DNA of 63,413 nucleotides from Planctomycetaceae bacterium (GTDB lineage: Bacteria > Planctomycetota > Planctomycetia > Pirellulales > UBA1268). The notes under the pieces were generated by a model. It worked only from the letters and a program-made list of their open reading frames with translations, made no database searches and had not been told where the DNA came from. The DNA is taken from NCBI GenBank assembly GCA_005791575.1, contig SXWA01000142.1, forward strand, positions 1-63,413, written 5' to 3'. Below are positions 53,170-62,083 of the stretch, one piece after another. How positions within the stretch are numbered: position 1 is the stretch's first letter; each line of letters starts with the position of its first letter. The position numbers and the translations under genes are program-made.

Positions 53170-54732
53170 TCACGGCGCGTACTGCTCGCGCCAGGCCGCG
53201 ATCCCTTCCTCGCTCACGACCCCCTGCTCCACGACCTTCCCCTCGCGGACGAGGTAGTACTTCGGCACCGCGTCGACCACGAAGTCCTCCTCGAAGGCAT
53301 CGGTGCAGATCCCGGAGGGATAGGCCGCGAGGGCGGCATCGAACGAGTCGGGATCGTCGTCGATCGAGAGACGATGGACGAGCGGCGCGTCGTCGCGGCC
53401 GGCGAGCGCCTCGACCAACGCCTTCACCGACGGGGCACGCTCGTGACAGGGGCCGCACCAGGTCGCCCCGAAGAGGAGGATGTGGGTGCGGTCGGCGCGC
53501 AGGGCAAGTTCCCCGGGCATTCCGTCGGCACCTCGCAGGAGCGGCACGGAAGCGAGGTCGCGGCCGAGGAGCGAAGCGACTTTTCTGTCCCTGGCCACAC
53601 GCTCCCGGAAGCGCTGCCGCATGATCGACTTTCCGCCGAGCACGAAGGTGAGGAGGTTCGCCTGCAGGCGATAGTCCTGCAGGATCTCCGGACAGGGCAG
53701 CTCCTTGCCGTCGGGACCGAGCGGAAAGACCTCGAGCCGTTCGACCGCGGCAACAGGATCGCCGGTGGTGGCATTCGCCGACAGTCTGGGCACGACGCGG
53801 TAGAGCACCCTGCCGGCGATGGCCGCGCGCTTGTCCGGGGGAACTCCCGGGGCGTGATGGACCACGTCGTAGTGCACCGCGAGGAGGAGCCGGGCATCCT
53901 CCGGGAGGGGAAAGGCCGACCTGGGCACATGGATCTGGCATGAAGGAATGTCCGTCATCAAGCCTGGACCGACCGCCTCGGTGTACGTGAGGCGCTCCGT
54001 GGTCAACGTCCGCCGCTCCTCCCCCGCCCGCTCGACGAACAGTTCCATCGTGCCGGTGACGCGGAGCGTGTCGTGCTCCCCCGTGACACCGGGGGATTCA
54101 AGGAGGAAGAAGTGGGCTTCGACATTGCACTCGATGGGGACTTCGAAGGCACTGCCCGGCAGCCAGGCGGGATCCTTCCTCTGGCGGCGCGCGAGAAAGA
54201 GAATGTCCGGATCGAGGACGTCGTAGCAGTTCACCATGACTCCGCCCGGTGGCGCCGTGGCCTCGGGGCGGGCCTCGGAAGGAACGAGGCTGTCTGGCAT
54301 GGGCCAGTCCGGGTATGTCGCCGCGAGCGTCGCGGTGATCCTGCGGCGATCGACGAAGGAAAAACAGTTTCCCAAATTCACGAAGGCCGCCACGGTGCGG
54401 ACGGCATCCTCCTCCGAGAGCCCACCCTGTTCGAGGGCTTCGATGAAGCCGGAAGCGAACTGCTCCGGATACGGTCCCCGTTCGAGGGCGAACTCGGTGG
54501 CGATGAAGGCCTCGATCGCCTCACGTATGGGGCTCGGCGTGCCGGCGAGTCCGTTCCCGTCGAACAAATAGTCTTTCCGCTCCAAGGGCCGGCCGGTGTC
54601 GGTCAGGGCAGAAGTGTCATCCTGCGCATGACCCGACCGGGGAATTGCGGGCGATGCCGCGACGAGACAGGCGGCCGAAAGGACCGCGGCTCTCCAAGCG
54701 CACCGCCGCTCACCCAGATGGAAGCTTCGCAT
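53170..54732 (-). CDS. secreted protein with unknown N-terminal domain and C-terminal TlpA/ResA-like thioredoxin domain
   Basis: ORF 53170..55041 trimmed to the ATG at 54732, with GGGAGA 5 nt upstream. Signal MRSFHLGERRCAWRAAVLSAACLVAASPAIP. C-terminal LLFGATWCGPCHERAP. Confidence 0.75.
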   Translation of the reverse strand: MRSFHLGERRCAWRAAVLSAACLVAASPAIPRSGHAQDDTSALTDTGRPLERKDYLFDGNGLAGTPSPIREAIEAFIATEFALERGPYPEQFASGFIEALEQGGLSEEDAVRTVAAFVNLGNCFSFVDRRRITATLAATYPDWPMPDSLVPSEARPEATAPPGGVMVNCYDVLDPDILFLARRQRKDPAWLPGSAFEVPIECNVEAHFFLLESPGVTGEHDTLRVTGTMELFVERAGEERRTLTTERLTYTEAVGPGLMTDIPSCQIHVPRSAFPLPEDARLLLAVHYDVVHHAPGVPPDKRAAIAGRVLYRVVPRLSANATTGDPVAAVERLEVFPLGPDGKELPCPEILQDYRLQANLLTFVLGGKSIMRQRFRERVARDRKVASLLGRDLASVPLLRGADGMPGELALRADRTHILLFGATWCGPCHERAPSVKALVEALAGRDDAPLVHRLSIDDDPDSFDAALAAYPSGICTDAFEEDFVVDAVPKYYLVREGKVVEQGVVSEEGIAAWREQYAP

Positions 54733-55040
54733 TGGTTTCTCCCAATCCGAGTCCGCACCGCCCGCCCCCGTCGAAAGCGTACTCGCCCGCCAGCGCCCCA
54801 GAAACGGTAGGAAGCGATCGGAGCTTCCCATTCGTTGGCAGACTTCCGCCATCCAGCCGCCCCCCGTCTGCGCGGCGGGTCCTTTCCATCCACGTCTCCA
54901 AGGAGATCCCACGTACCCATGTCCACCGCCACCACCACCGCCACCACCACCGACACCGGCCAGACCACCTCTCGCCGGACCACTACCTCCACGTCCACCA
55001 CCCCCGCCACCCAGACCGAACGCTCCGACATGGACCCTCA

Positions 55041-55225
55041 CCGTGGCCCGGTCATCGAAAAAGTGGTGCCAAAATGGTGCCGCAGGGCACCGAGAGGCCC
55101 CGCAGGAGCCCGCACGGCCAGATGGGCCGCGGGGCGGAAACCGGAGAGTTGCGGCCGAAAACCGCAGATCGCGACCCGATACGAGCGGGTGCGGAAAAAG
55201 CGAAGTGCCCCGTCTAGGACTCGAA
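55041..55225. repeat. proximal direct repeat (tRNA-Lys 3' end plus downstream flank), partner of 50061-50184
   Basis: See the partner feature at 50061-50184. This copy contains an extra segment of about 60 bp relative to the distal copy. Confidence 0.8.
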
Positions 55226-55279
55226 CCTAGAACCCTCTGATTAAGAGTCAGATGCTCTGACCAATTGAGCTAACGGGGC
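55206..55279 (-). tRNA. tRNA-Lys (anticodon CUU)
   Basis: 74-nt manual cloverleaf. Acceptor GCCCCGT/ACGGGGC, D arm GCTC-AATTGGTCA-GAGC, anticodon arm TCTGA-CTCTTAA-TCAGA, T arm CTAGG-TTCGAGT-CCTAG, discriminator A. No encoded CCA. Confidence 0.95.
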
Positions 55280-55440
55280 GATGCAGGTTTTCTACCGCTC
55301 CGGCGCGGGGGCGGCAAGTGGCCGGCCGGCCGTGCCGTTGAGGCTTCCGGCAAGAGCGGCTACATTTCCGCTCCCCTCCCATCGGCCAACGACCGGCCGG
55401 GCATGAGCCGATGGGCCTCCCCCCCGCGGAGTCCTCATTC

Positions 55441-56268
55441 ATGGGTCGTTTCTCCGGAGCCACGGGGCTCGTTCTCGGCGTCGCCAACGACCATTCCATC
55501 GCCTGGGCGATCGCCAAGGAGATCCTCGGGGAGGGGGGTCGGATCGGCTTTTCCCACCTGCCCGACCGCCCCGACGACGAACGGCAGCGCAACCGGCGCC
55601 GCGTCGCTCTCCTCACCGATCCCGAGCCCAATGCCGCCTTCCTGGTGCCGATGGACGTGTCGAGCGACGACCAGATCGCCTCCGTCATCGACCGCGGCCG
55701 TCAGGAGTTCGGCACGATCGACTTCGTGATCCACTCGATCGCCTACGCGCCGATGGAGGACCTCAAGGGGGAGACCACCAACTGCAGCCGCGAGGGCTTC
55801 CGCACCGCCATGGAGACGAGTGCCTACAGCCTCCTGGCTGTAGGGCGGATGGCGCGGACGATCCTCTCCAAGGACTCCGCGATCCTCACCCTCACCTACT
55901 TCGGCGGGGAGAAGGTGGTCCCCGGCTACAACATCATGGGGGTCTGCAAGGCGACACTCGATGCGTGCGTGAAGTACATGGCGTATGACCTTGGCCCTGC
56001 CGGGGTCCGGGTGAATGCCGTCAGTGCCGGCCCGCTGCGCACGTTGGCGGGCCGCGGCGCCGGTGTCGAAGACATGCTCGGCCTCTACGAGCACATGTCG
56101 CCGATGGGCCGCAACATCACCCACGAAGAGGTGGGCAAGGCCGGTGCGTGGCTCGTTTCGAAGGAATCGCTCGGCATCACTGGAGAGATCCTCCACGTGG
56201 ATGCCGGCTACAACATCATGGGTTCGCCCGGTCGGTTGCTGAATCTCGTCCGCAAGCCCGGCGAGTGA
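55441..56268 (+). CDS. fabI: enoyl-ACP reductase (NADH)
   Basis: ORF 55411..56268 trimmed to the ATG at 55441. GVANDHSIAW and the Y-x6-K block (YNIMGVCKA). Confidence 0.9.
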   Translation: MGRFSGATGLVLGVANDHSIAWAIAKEILGEGGRIGFSHLPDRPDDERQRNRRRVALLTDPEPNAAFLVPMDVSSDDQIASVIDRGRQEFGTIDFVIHSIAYAPMEDLKGETTNCSREGFRTAMETSAYSLLAVGRMARTILSKDSAILTLTYFGGEKVVPGYNIMGVCKATLDACVKYMAYDLGPAGVRVNAVSAGPLRTLAGRGAGVEDMLGLYEHMSPMGRNITHEEVGKAGAWLVSKESLGITGEILHVDAGYNIMGSPGRLLNLVRKPGE

Positions 56269-56339
56269 GCGATCATGGCGGGGTTGGATGGCGACCGACC
56301 GCCCGCGCTGACCCCCTGACCGTCGCTGGGCCACCGCCA

Positions 56340-56783
56340 ATGACCGAGCACGAAGACGCCGGGACCGAAGTGATCGCAGTGGCGGTGGCGGTCGTGTGCC
56401 GCGGCGACCATGTGCTGGTCGGCTGGCGGGCGGCCGATGCCGCCGACGCGGCGGGCCTGGCGGAGTTTCCCGGAGGAAAGCATCTCCCCGGCGAGGATGC
56501 GGCCACCACAGCGGCGCGGGAATGCCTCGAGGAAACCGGACTGACGATCCGGGTGGAAGGGGTCATCGGCCGGGCCCGGACGGCCGCCCGTCGCGGTGCC
56601 GTCGCGATCGCCTTCGTCACCGCCACGGCTGTCGAACCGGCGCCGTCGCCCAAGCCGCCATTCCGTTGGGTCCGGCGCGGCGACCTCGCCGAACTCCACT
56701 TCCCGGAAGCCAACGCCGCCGTGCTCGCCTGGCTCAGAGAGGCTGCGGCAAATCGCGCCTCGGTGGATGGCACCGCAGGGTAG
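56340..56783 (+). CDS. NUDIX hydrolase (MutT-like)
   Basis: ORF 56148..56783 trimmed to the ATG at 56340. Nudix box GGKHLPGEDAATTAARECLEETGL. Confidence 0.8.
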   Translation: MTEHEDAGTEVIAVAVAVVCRGDHVLVGWRAADAADAAGLAEFPGGKHLPGEDAATTAARECLEETGLTIRVEGVIGRARTAARRGAVAIAFVTATAVEPAPSPKPPFRWVRRGDLAELHFPEANAAVLAWLREAAANRASVDGTAG

Positions 56784-56885
56784 CGGTCGTCCATCCCCGG
56801 CCACCCGAAAAGCTACGGTTCTCACCCGTGCTGCGCTCCCGGCCCCTCATCCCCGAGGGGCGGCAGGCCGAGCACCCGCAGCGCC
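56781..56885. repeat. five-hairpin interspersed repeat, copy E (reverse, degenerate)
   Basis: Recognisable H5 remnant, H4 and H3 remnants, and an alternative H2 stem GCCCCTC/GAGGGGC. Lies between convergent genes. Confidence 0.55.
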
Positions 56886-56920
56886 ATGGCCGTCCCTCAG
56901 ATCCACGAGCCGCCAGCGAG

Positions 56921-58579
56921 TCAGCGTGTACCCGTGTCGGGAGAGCTTTTTCCCGGGCGCCGCGCGGGGGCGGTATTCGCGGCGCCGAACGGGTCATCGG
57001 TCGTTTTCGGTGGCTTGCTCCCGGGCGACTGGTTCGGCTGGAGAAGAAGGTTCATCCCCTCGTTGCCCGGCATGTTCGTCCAGAACGTCCCCGGGCCACT
57101 CTGGAAGAGGCGCAGCCGCAGCTCGGGGCTGAGGTTCTCCGAGAGCGCGTGGCGGAGGAACGACTGGCCGTCACCCTGGAAGGCGTCCATCTTCAGTTTC
57201 GCCAGGCTGCTCCGCGCCGTCTCCTTGAGTTTCTCCCCCTCGGCCTCGGCCTCACCGGTGAGCCGGTCACGCTGCCCCTCCAGCATCGCCACCTCGGCCT
57301 GCGTCACGGCCCGCATCCGCTCGAGCTCCCCCTCGGTCGTCGCCTGGAGGTTCTCGACCTGGCTGTCGATCACGGCCACGAGGCGCTTCGTCTCCGCCTC
57401 GACCTTCTTGACCTCCAGCTCGACCATCTGCTTCGCCTCCTCCACCTCGGCGTCGGTCTTGGCGGTCGCCTCCTTGGCCTTGTTGGTGAGCGTCCGCTGG
57501 GTGGCGATCTGCTTGTCGCGGACCTGCTTGAGGTACTCCTCGGGGATGTCGATGCTGCGGATGAACGCCGAGTGGACGGTGACGTTCTTCTCCGCACAGG
57601 CGCGGACGAGCTCCTTGGTGAAGTCCTCCTGGAACTTCGTTCGTTTCACCCCCTCGAGGAGGTCGAGCACGCCGTACTCCGACCCCTTGTCGCGGCCGAT
57701 GGCATGGGTCTGGAGGTCGATGACGTTCTCCTCGATCCGCGTCCGCGAACCGTATTCGGCCACGAGGCGCGGCATGTCCTCGGGGAGAATCTCCCACTCC
57801 ACCGTGCAGTCGACGCTGATCGGAAACCCGCCGCGCGACGTGAACGTGATCGGCGTGCGGAGCTGGTTGTCGGCGACCTGGAGGCGGTTCGACATGTCAT
57901 CCCTGGCGAACGTCGTCTGGAAGATGCCGACCTCCGACTGGATGACGTCGTATTCGTAGGGATTGATGTAGTACAACCCCGGCTGGAGGACCGTCGCGAG
58001 GAACCCCTTGCGGTCCTCGGCGACAGGCCCGCTCGGATCGACCTCGATCACGGCCTCGTCGGTCTCGCGGCCGACGAGGCGCCGCTGGACGCCGACGAAC
58101 CCGACCGGGATCTCGGTGGCCGGCTTTTCCTCGACCTTGTAGCCCTGGAGGTTGATCCGGTAGCTCCCCGGCGGGAGGACGCGGCGTTGGATCCCCTGCT
58201 CCCCCTCGTCGGCGAGCACCCTCCCCGCCGGCAGCGGTTCGCCGCCGAGCGCCGTCACCACCCCGACCTTCCCCGCCGCGATCGTCGTGTTGGGCTCGAG
58301 CGAGCGCTCGTAGGCGATCGGCATCACGAAATGCCACCCCTCCCCCATCACCTCCTCGAGCGGTCCTTTCTCGCCTGGCTTCGCGAGCACGTGACCCGGC
58401 GGGAGCGGGGCGCCGTCCTTGGCGATGATGACCAGGTGCTGCCCCGGGGGCACGTATTCGAAGAACGTGTTCCACGTGGTCAGGAGTGCCACCAGCGTCG
58501 CCAGCGCCACCGCCCCCCAGAAGCCGAGCAGCCATTGCCAGCGGGCGATCCGCCGCGGCGGGGTGAAGGTGATGGCCAT
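56921..58579 (-). CDS. SPFH/Band 7 (flotillin-like) membrane protein, paralog 2
   Basis: GGAG 8 nt upstream of the ATG. N-terminal TM WQWLLGFWGAVALATLVALL. SPFH-like core with repeated L-x-PG-x-Y-x-IN-P motifs. Long Glu/Ala/Lys coiled coil. Confidence 0.8.
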   Translation of the reverse strand: MAITFTPPRRIARWQWLLGFWGAVALATLVALLTTWNTFFEYVPPGQHLVIIAKDGAPLPPGHVLAKPGEKGPLEEVMGEGWHFVMPIAYERSLEPNTTIAAGKVGVVTALGGEPLPAGRVLADEGEQGIQRRVLPPGSYRINLQGYKVEEKPATEIPVGFVGVQRRLVGRETDEAVIEVDPSGPVAEDRKGFLATVLQPGLYYINPYEYDVIQSEVGIFQTTFARDDMSNRLQVADNQLRTPITFTSRGGFPISVDCTVEWEILPEDMPRLVAEYGSRTRIEENVIDLQTHAIGRDKGSEYGVLDLLEGVKRTKFQEDFTKELVRACAEKNVTVHSAFIRSIDIPEEYLKQVRDKQIATQRTLTNKAKEATAKTDAEVEEAKQMVELEVKKVEAETKRLVAVIDSQVENLQATTEGELERMRAVTQAEVAMLEGQRDRLTGEAEAEGEKLKETARSSLAKLKMDAFQGDGQSFLRHALSENLSPELRLRLFQSGPGTFWTNMPGNEGMNLLLQPNQSPGSKPPKTTDDPFGAANTAPARRPGKSSPDTGTR

Positions 58580-58637
58580 CGGCGTTGCTCCGTGATCCGC
58601 AGGTCGTGTCAGCCGTCGTTCAAGCGCCCAGGGTCGT

Positions 58638-60278
58638 TCAAGGTGCCGGCGCCGGCGGGGGTGTCTCGACCACCGTCGCCGGAACGACCCGCGGCGGCGT
58701 CGAGGTGAGCGGCTCCGGCGGCTGCTCCAGCGGTGCCGCCGGGGGCAGGAGCAGCGACGTGAACAGCCGCCCGAAATCGCTGTCGTCGGCGGCGAAGATC
58801 TCGCCGAGCGACGGGGCCACCCGGGCGAGGACGGCGTTGCGGGCGAACAGCTCCGGGCTGCCGAACCCCTCGACGCTCGTCCTCAGGGCCGCAACCTCCG
58901 CCTCGTTCTGCGCGGTGATCACCGCCGCCTCCGCCTCGGCCTTGGAGCGCACCGCCTTGGCCTGCTCCTTCGCCGCCTCGAGCTGGCTCTCGGCGACCGT
59001 CACCAGGGCCGTCAGCTTCTGCTTCTCCACCTCGAGTTGCTGCTGGGCCTGTGTCTCGGCCTGGACGAGGCGCGTCTCGGCCTGGACGCGCTCGCGCTTC
59101 TGCATGGCCTGCGCCTCCTGGGCCTTGAGCGCCTGCTCGTTGGTGTACTGCTTCACCATCTCCTTGTTGCGGAGCTGCTCGGCCAGCGCCGTCTCGCGGT
59201 CGGAGATCTCGCGGGCCAGCTCCGGCGGGGGCTCCATCTGGCCGACCGAGATCGCCCGGATGTCGACCCCGAGTTCCTCGCAGCGTGGCTTGACCGCCTC
59301 GAGGAGCGCCTGCCGGAAGCGTTCGCGGGCGTTGATCACCACGTCGCTGGTCTCGCCCGGCACGAGAATGAAGTCGGTGGCGTTGAAGGTGCTCCCCTCG
59401 AGCCTGGCAAAACCTCGGATGTGGGGAAGGACGACCTTCTGGAGGATCTCGTTGCGGGAGATGTCCTCGCGCGACTGGTCGGCCTGGTAGATCTTCCCCT
59501 CGTCGGTGATCCGCACGAGAAGTTCCGCGGCGTCGTCCTTGATGACCGCATACTCGACCTGGATGTGCGGCCGGAGCGTGAACCCGTCGCGCGATGGAAA
59601 CGAGATGTCGTCGAAGTCGACCTTGTGGCTGCGGACTTCGATCGGAGTGATCGCCTCGACGAATGGATTGACGTAGTAGGTGCCGGGGGGCAGGTATGCC
59701 TGCTGGACGCCCCGGTATCCCTCCTCGGCGACGACATAGCTTCCTTGCCGTCTCTCGGGCGGGAGCGTGCCGGGATCCTTCCCGACCTTCCGTGTCCTCA
59801 CGCCGACGTACTGCGCCTTGACCTCGATCGCGTCGATGACCTGGAGGTCGTAGGCGTGGGGATTGATCGAGTAGGTGCCCGGCGTGAGCGGCTCCGCGAC
59901 GATTCCCGTCTCCCCGTCCCCGGCGAGCAACTCACCGGCATCGATCCGCTCCTGCGGAATCGGCCTGCCGAACTTCCGCGTCAGCACGCCGCACCTGCCG
60001 GTGGGGATGTTGGTCATCTCGTGGACTTCGTGCCCGTAGAACAGCGGGTTGAGGAAGTGCCGGCCGGGCCCACGGGTCTGCTCGAGGACCCCCTTGTAGG
60101 ATTCGTCCGGGGCGAGGATCTCGGCCGGGGGCAGGTTCTTCCCCCAGCGGTGGATGACGACGAGGAACTTCCCTGGAGGGACCTCGATCCGCTCGATCTC
60201 CCACTTCCAGGCCAGCAGGCCCAGCGCCACGCCGGCAGCCGCGACCAGGGCCCAGACGATCACCTTTCCGCCATTCAT
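58638..60278 (-). CDS. SPFH/Band 7 (flotillin-like) membrane protein, paralog 1
   Basis: GGGAGGA 7 nt upstream of the ATG. N-terminal TM VIVWALVAAAGVALGLLAW. Same architecture as 56921..58579. Confidence 0.8.
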   Translation of the reverse strand: MNGGKVIVWALVAAAGVALGLLAWKWEIERIEVPPGKFLVVIHRWGKNLPPAEILAPDESYKGVLEQTRGPGRHFLNPLFYGHEVHEMTNIPTGRCGVLTRKFGRPIPQERIDAGELLAGDGETGIVAEPLTPGTYSINPHAYDLQVIDAIEVKAQYVGVRTRKVGKDPGTLPPERRQGSYVVAEEGYRGVQQAYLPPGTYYVNPFVEAITPIEVRSHKVDFDDISFPSRDGFTLRPHIQVEYAVIKDDAAELLVRITDEGKIYQADQSREDISRNEILQKVVLPHIRGFARLEGSTFNATDFILVPGETSDVVINARERFRQALLEAVKPRCEELGVDIRAISVGQMEPPPELAREISDRETALAEQLRNKEMVKQYTNEQALKAQEAQAMQKRERVQAETRLVQAETQAQQQLEVEKQKLTALVTVAESQLEAAKEQAKAVRSKAEAEAAVITAQNEAEVAALRTSVEGFGSPELFARNAVLARVAPSLGEIFAADDSDFGRLFTSLLLPPAAPLEQPPEPLTSTPPRVVPATVVETPPPAPAP

Positions 60279-60314
60279 CGTCGGTTCCTCCCGCTGCCCG
60301 GCCTTCGCCGCAGG

Positions 60315-61100
60315 TCAGCCCCCCTCGTGGATCCGCTTCTTGAGCCCTTCGAGCTCGGCGTCGACGGCGGCGCTCGTCGCCGCGTCGGCGGCCGCGTCGC
60401 GCAGCTCGGCGTCGGTGCCGGTGACGCCGTCGGCTTCCAGCGCCTTGCGCAGGTCGGCCTCGACCCGGCCGATGACACGGGCGGAGATCTGCTTCTCCTC
60501 GACCATGTTCTCCGCCTTCCGCCAGTTGGCGACCGCGCTGAACGGGTCGAACTCGCTGGCGATCCGGTACTGCTGCTCGACCGACTTCGCCTCGGCGAGC
60601 TGCGCGAGGAGCAGTTCACGCCCGACCTCGTACTGCCGCAGTTGCAGCTCCGCGGCATAGAGATTGCGGCGGATCTCGTCGATCTGCCGGGCATGGCGGG
60701 CACGCTGTTCGCGAAACGACTCCAGCGCCTGCCGCTCGAGCGTGCTTTTGAACAGCACCCCCTTGGCCGTGAGGTCATCGCCGTGCCGCGCGGCCTCGCG
60801 CGCCTCGCCGTCGAGCGTGGCGAGGTTGTTCTCGCTCTGGACGATGTTGCGGTCGAGCGTCTCGTCGGCGGCATGGGCCCGGGCGAGCGTCTGGTTGAGC
60901 GCCGCGACCATCTCGCGATATTGCTTCACGACCTGCTCGATGACCTCCTCCGGCTCCTGCTTCCGCGTCCAGAACTGCGACCACAACCGGCCGGCGACCG
61001 CCCGGAACTTCGCGGGGCCGACGGCCAGCACGGCCAGCGCCACCGGGAGGCCGATGAACAGCAGCCCACGGAGGATCAGGTATTCGAAGAGCCGTGGCAT
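60315..61100 (-). CDS. PspA/IM30-like coiled-coil protein with N-terminal hydrophobic anchor
   Basis: ATG at 61100 (the ORF opens at GTG 61106). LFEYLILRGLLFIGLPVALAVLAV is followed by a PspA-like helical hairpin (EEVIEQVVKQYREMVAALNQTLARAHAADETLDRN ... GDDLTAKGVLFKSTLERQ ...). Confidence 0.6.
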   Translation of the reverse strand: MPRLFEYLILRGLLFIGLPVALAVLAVGPAKFRAVAGRLWSQFWTRKQEPEEVIEQVVKQYREMVAALNQTLARAHAADETLDRNIVQSENNLATLDGEAREAARHGDDLTAKGVLFKSTLERQALESFREQRARHARQIDEIRRNLYAAELQLRQYEVGRELLLAQLAEAKSVEQQYRIASEFDPFSAVANWRKAENMVEEKQISARVIGRVEADLRKALEADGVTGTDAELRDAAADAATSAAVDAELEGLKKRIHEGG

Positions 61101-61287
61101 CGACACCGCTCGATCAGTGGTCTGTCACGCTGCCGCGACGGGCTTTTTCTCGGCCTCTGGTCAGGATCCTACCCTCCCCACGGGGCGGTCGCGACGACGG
61201 TCCACGATCACGGTGGCCGTCGCCATGCCGGTCGGGCCGACCCCGTCGCCCGGGCCGCCGTTCCGCCGCCGGCGGCGTCATGGGCTA

Positions 61288-61415
61288 CCGGCAGCCCGTG
61301 GCCAAAGTCCATCGATGGCCTTTGGGCATTCGAAAAGCGGTGCTTTTCGCCGCAACCGTGCTCCCGGCACCCGGGGTCTGTCGGGTGCCGCAGGCTGTTT
61401 GGACATCGGCTGCTA
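61288..61415. repeat. five-hairpin interspersed repeat, copy F (reverse orientation)
   Basis: H5, H4, H2 (alternative stem GCACCCG/CGGGTGC) and H1 are recognisable. Its H1 end abuts or overlaps the yidD stop codon (61413-61415). Confidence 0.8.
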
Positions 61416-61670
61416 CGGCGGATCATGCCCCCCGGGATGCCAGGGATGGCACCGACAGATCCGGGCCAGGCCCTTGATCGTGCCCGCCACCGCTCCGTCG
61501 CGCTGCACCACGAGGCGGAAGTATTCGCTGCAGGTCGGTTGGAAGCGGCAGGTTCGCCCGAGGAGCGGGCTCAGGCACCACTGGTAGGCACGCACGAGCG
61601 CGACGAGCACACCGACGGCGGCCCGATCGCACCCGCGCATCACGGTCCGCAGCACGTCCATTGCGGTCAC
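61413..61670 (-). CDS. yidD: membrane protein insertion efficiency factor YidD
   Basis: YQWCLSPLLGRTCRFQPTCSEY ... GLARICRCHPW signature. The GTG at 61670 overlaps the rnpA stop (alternative ATG at 61661). Confidence 0.9.
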   Translation of the reverse strand: MTAMDVLRTVMRGCDRAAVGVLVALVRAYQWCLSPLLGRTCRFQPTCSEYFRLVVQRDGAVAGTIKGLARICRCHPWHPGGHDPP

Positions 61671-62083
61671 CGGCGGCGCGGCCTGGGTGGCGGCGATTCG
61701 TCGGTGCGGCGCTCCCGCCGACCGACGGCGCGCCTGCCGAGCGTGATCAGCAGAGCCTCCACCGCCTGCTGGCCGGAGGCCCCCGCGGGCACGACGCTGG
61801 TCCGCACCACGACGCAGTAATCATGGTCGGGTGCCAGGTCCGCGGCCACGCTGCGGAAGGCCTCGCGCAGCCGGCGCTTCCACCGGTTGCGCACGACCGC
61901 GTTGCCGACCCGCCGCGACACCGACAGGCCGAGCCGCGGGCCGCGGCTGTCGTCGCGCCGGCAGACATGGAGCACCACTCCCTCGGCCGCAGCGGTCCGC
62001 CGGGCGGCGAACACACGGGCGAAGTCGGCCGGCGTGCGCATCCGGGCCGCCGCGGGAAAGCGGGCCCCGCCTTCGGTCACCAC
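61667..62083 (-). CDS. rnpA: ribonuclease P protein component
   Basis: RMRTPADFARVF ... LGLSVSRRVGNAVVRNRWKRRLREAFR signature. GTG start at 62083 or 62080, overlapping the cbpA-like stop. Confidence 0.8.
   Translation of the reverse strand: MVTEGGARFPAAARMRTPADFARVFAARRTAAAEGVVLHVCRRDDSRGPRLGLSVSRRVGNAVVRNRWKRRLREAFRSVAADLAPDHDYCVVVRTSVVPAGASGQQAVEALLITLGRRAVGRRERRTDESPPPRPRRR

Noticed and set aside
54733-55205. ORF 54835..55230(+) encoding a Thr/Ser-rich peptide, and an integrase next to the tRNA
   Set aside because: The ORF is low-complexity, lacks an SD and overlaps the att-like repeat and the tRNA. No tyrosine or serine recombinase motifs were found in any frame between the tRNA and 53170.
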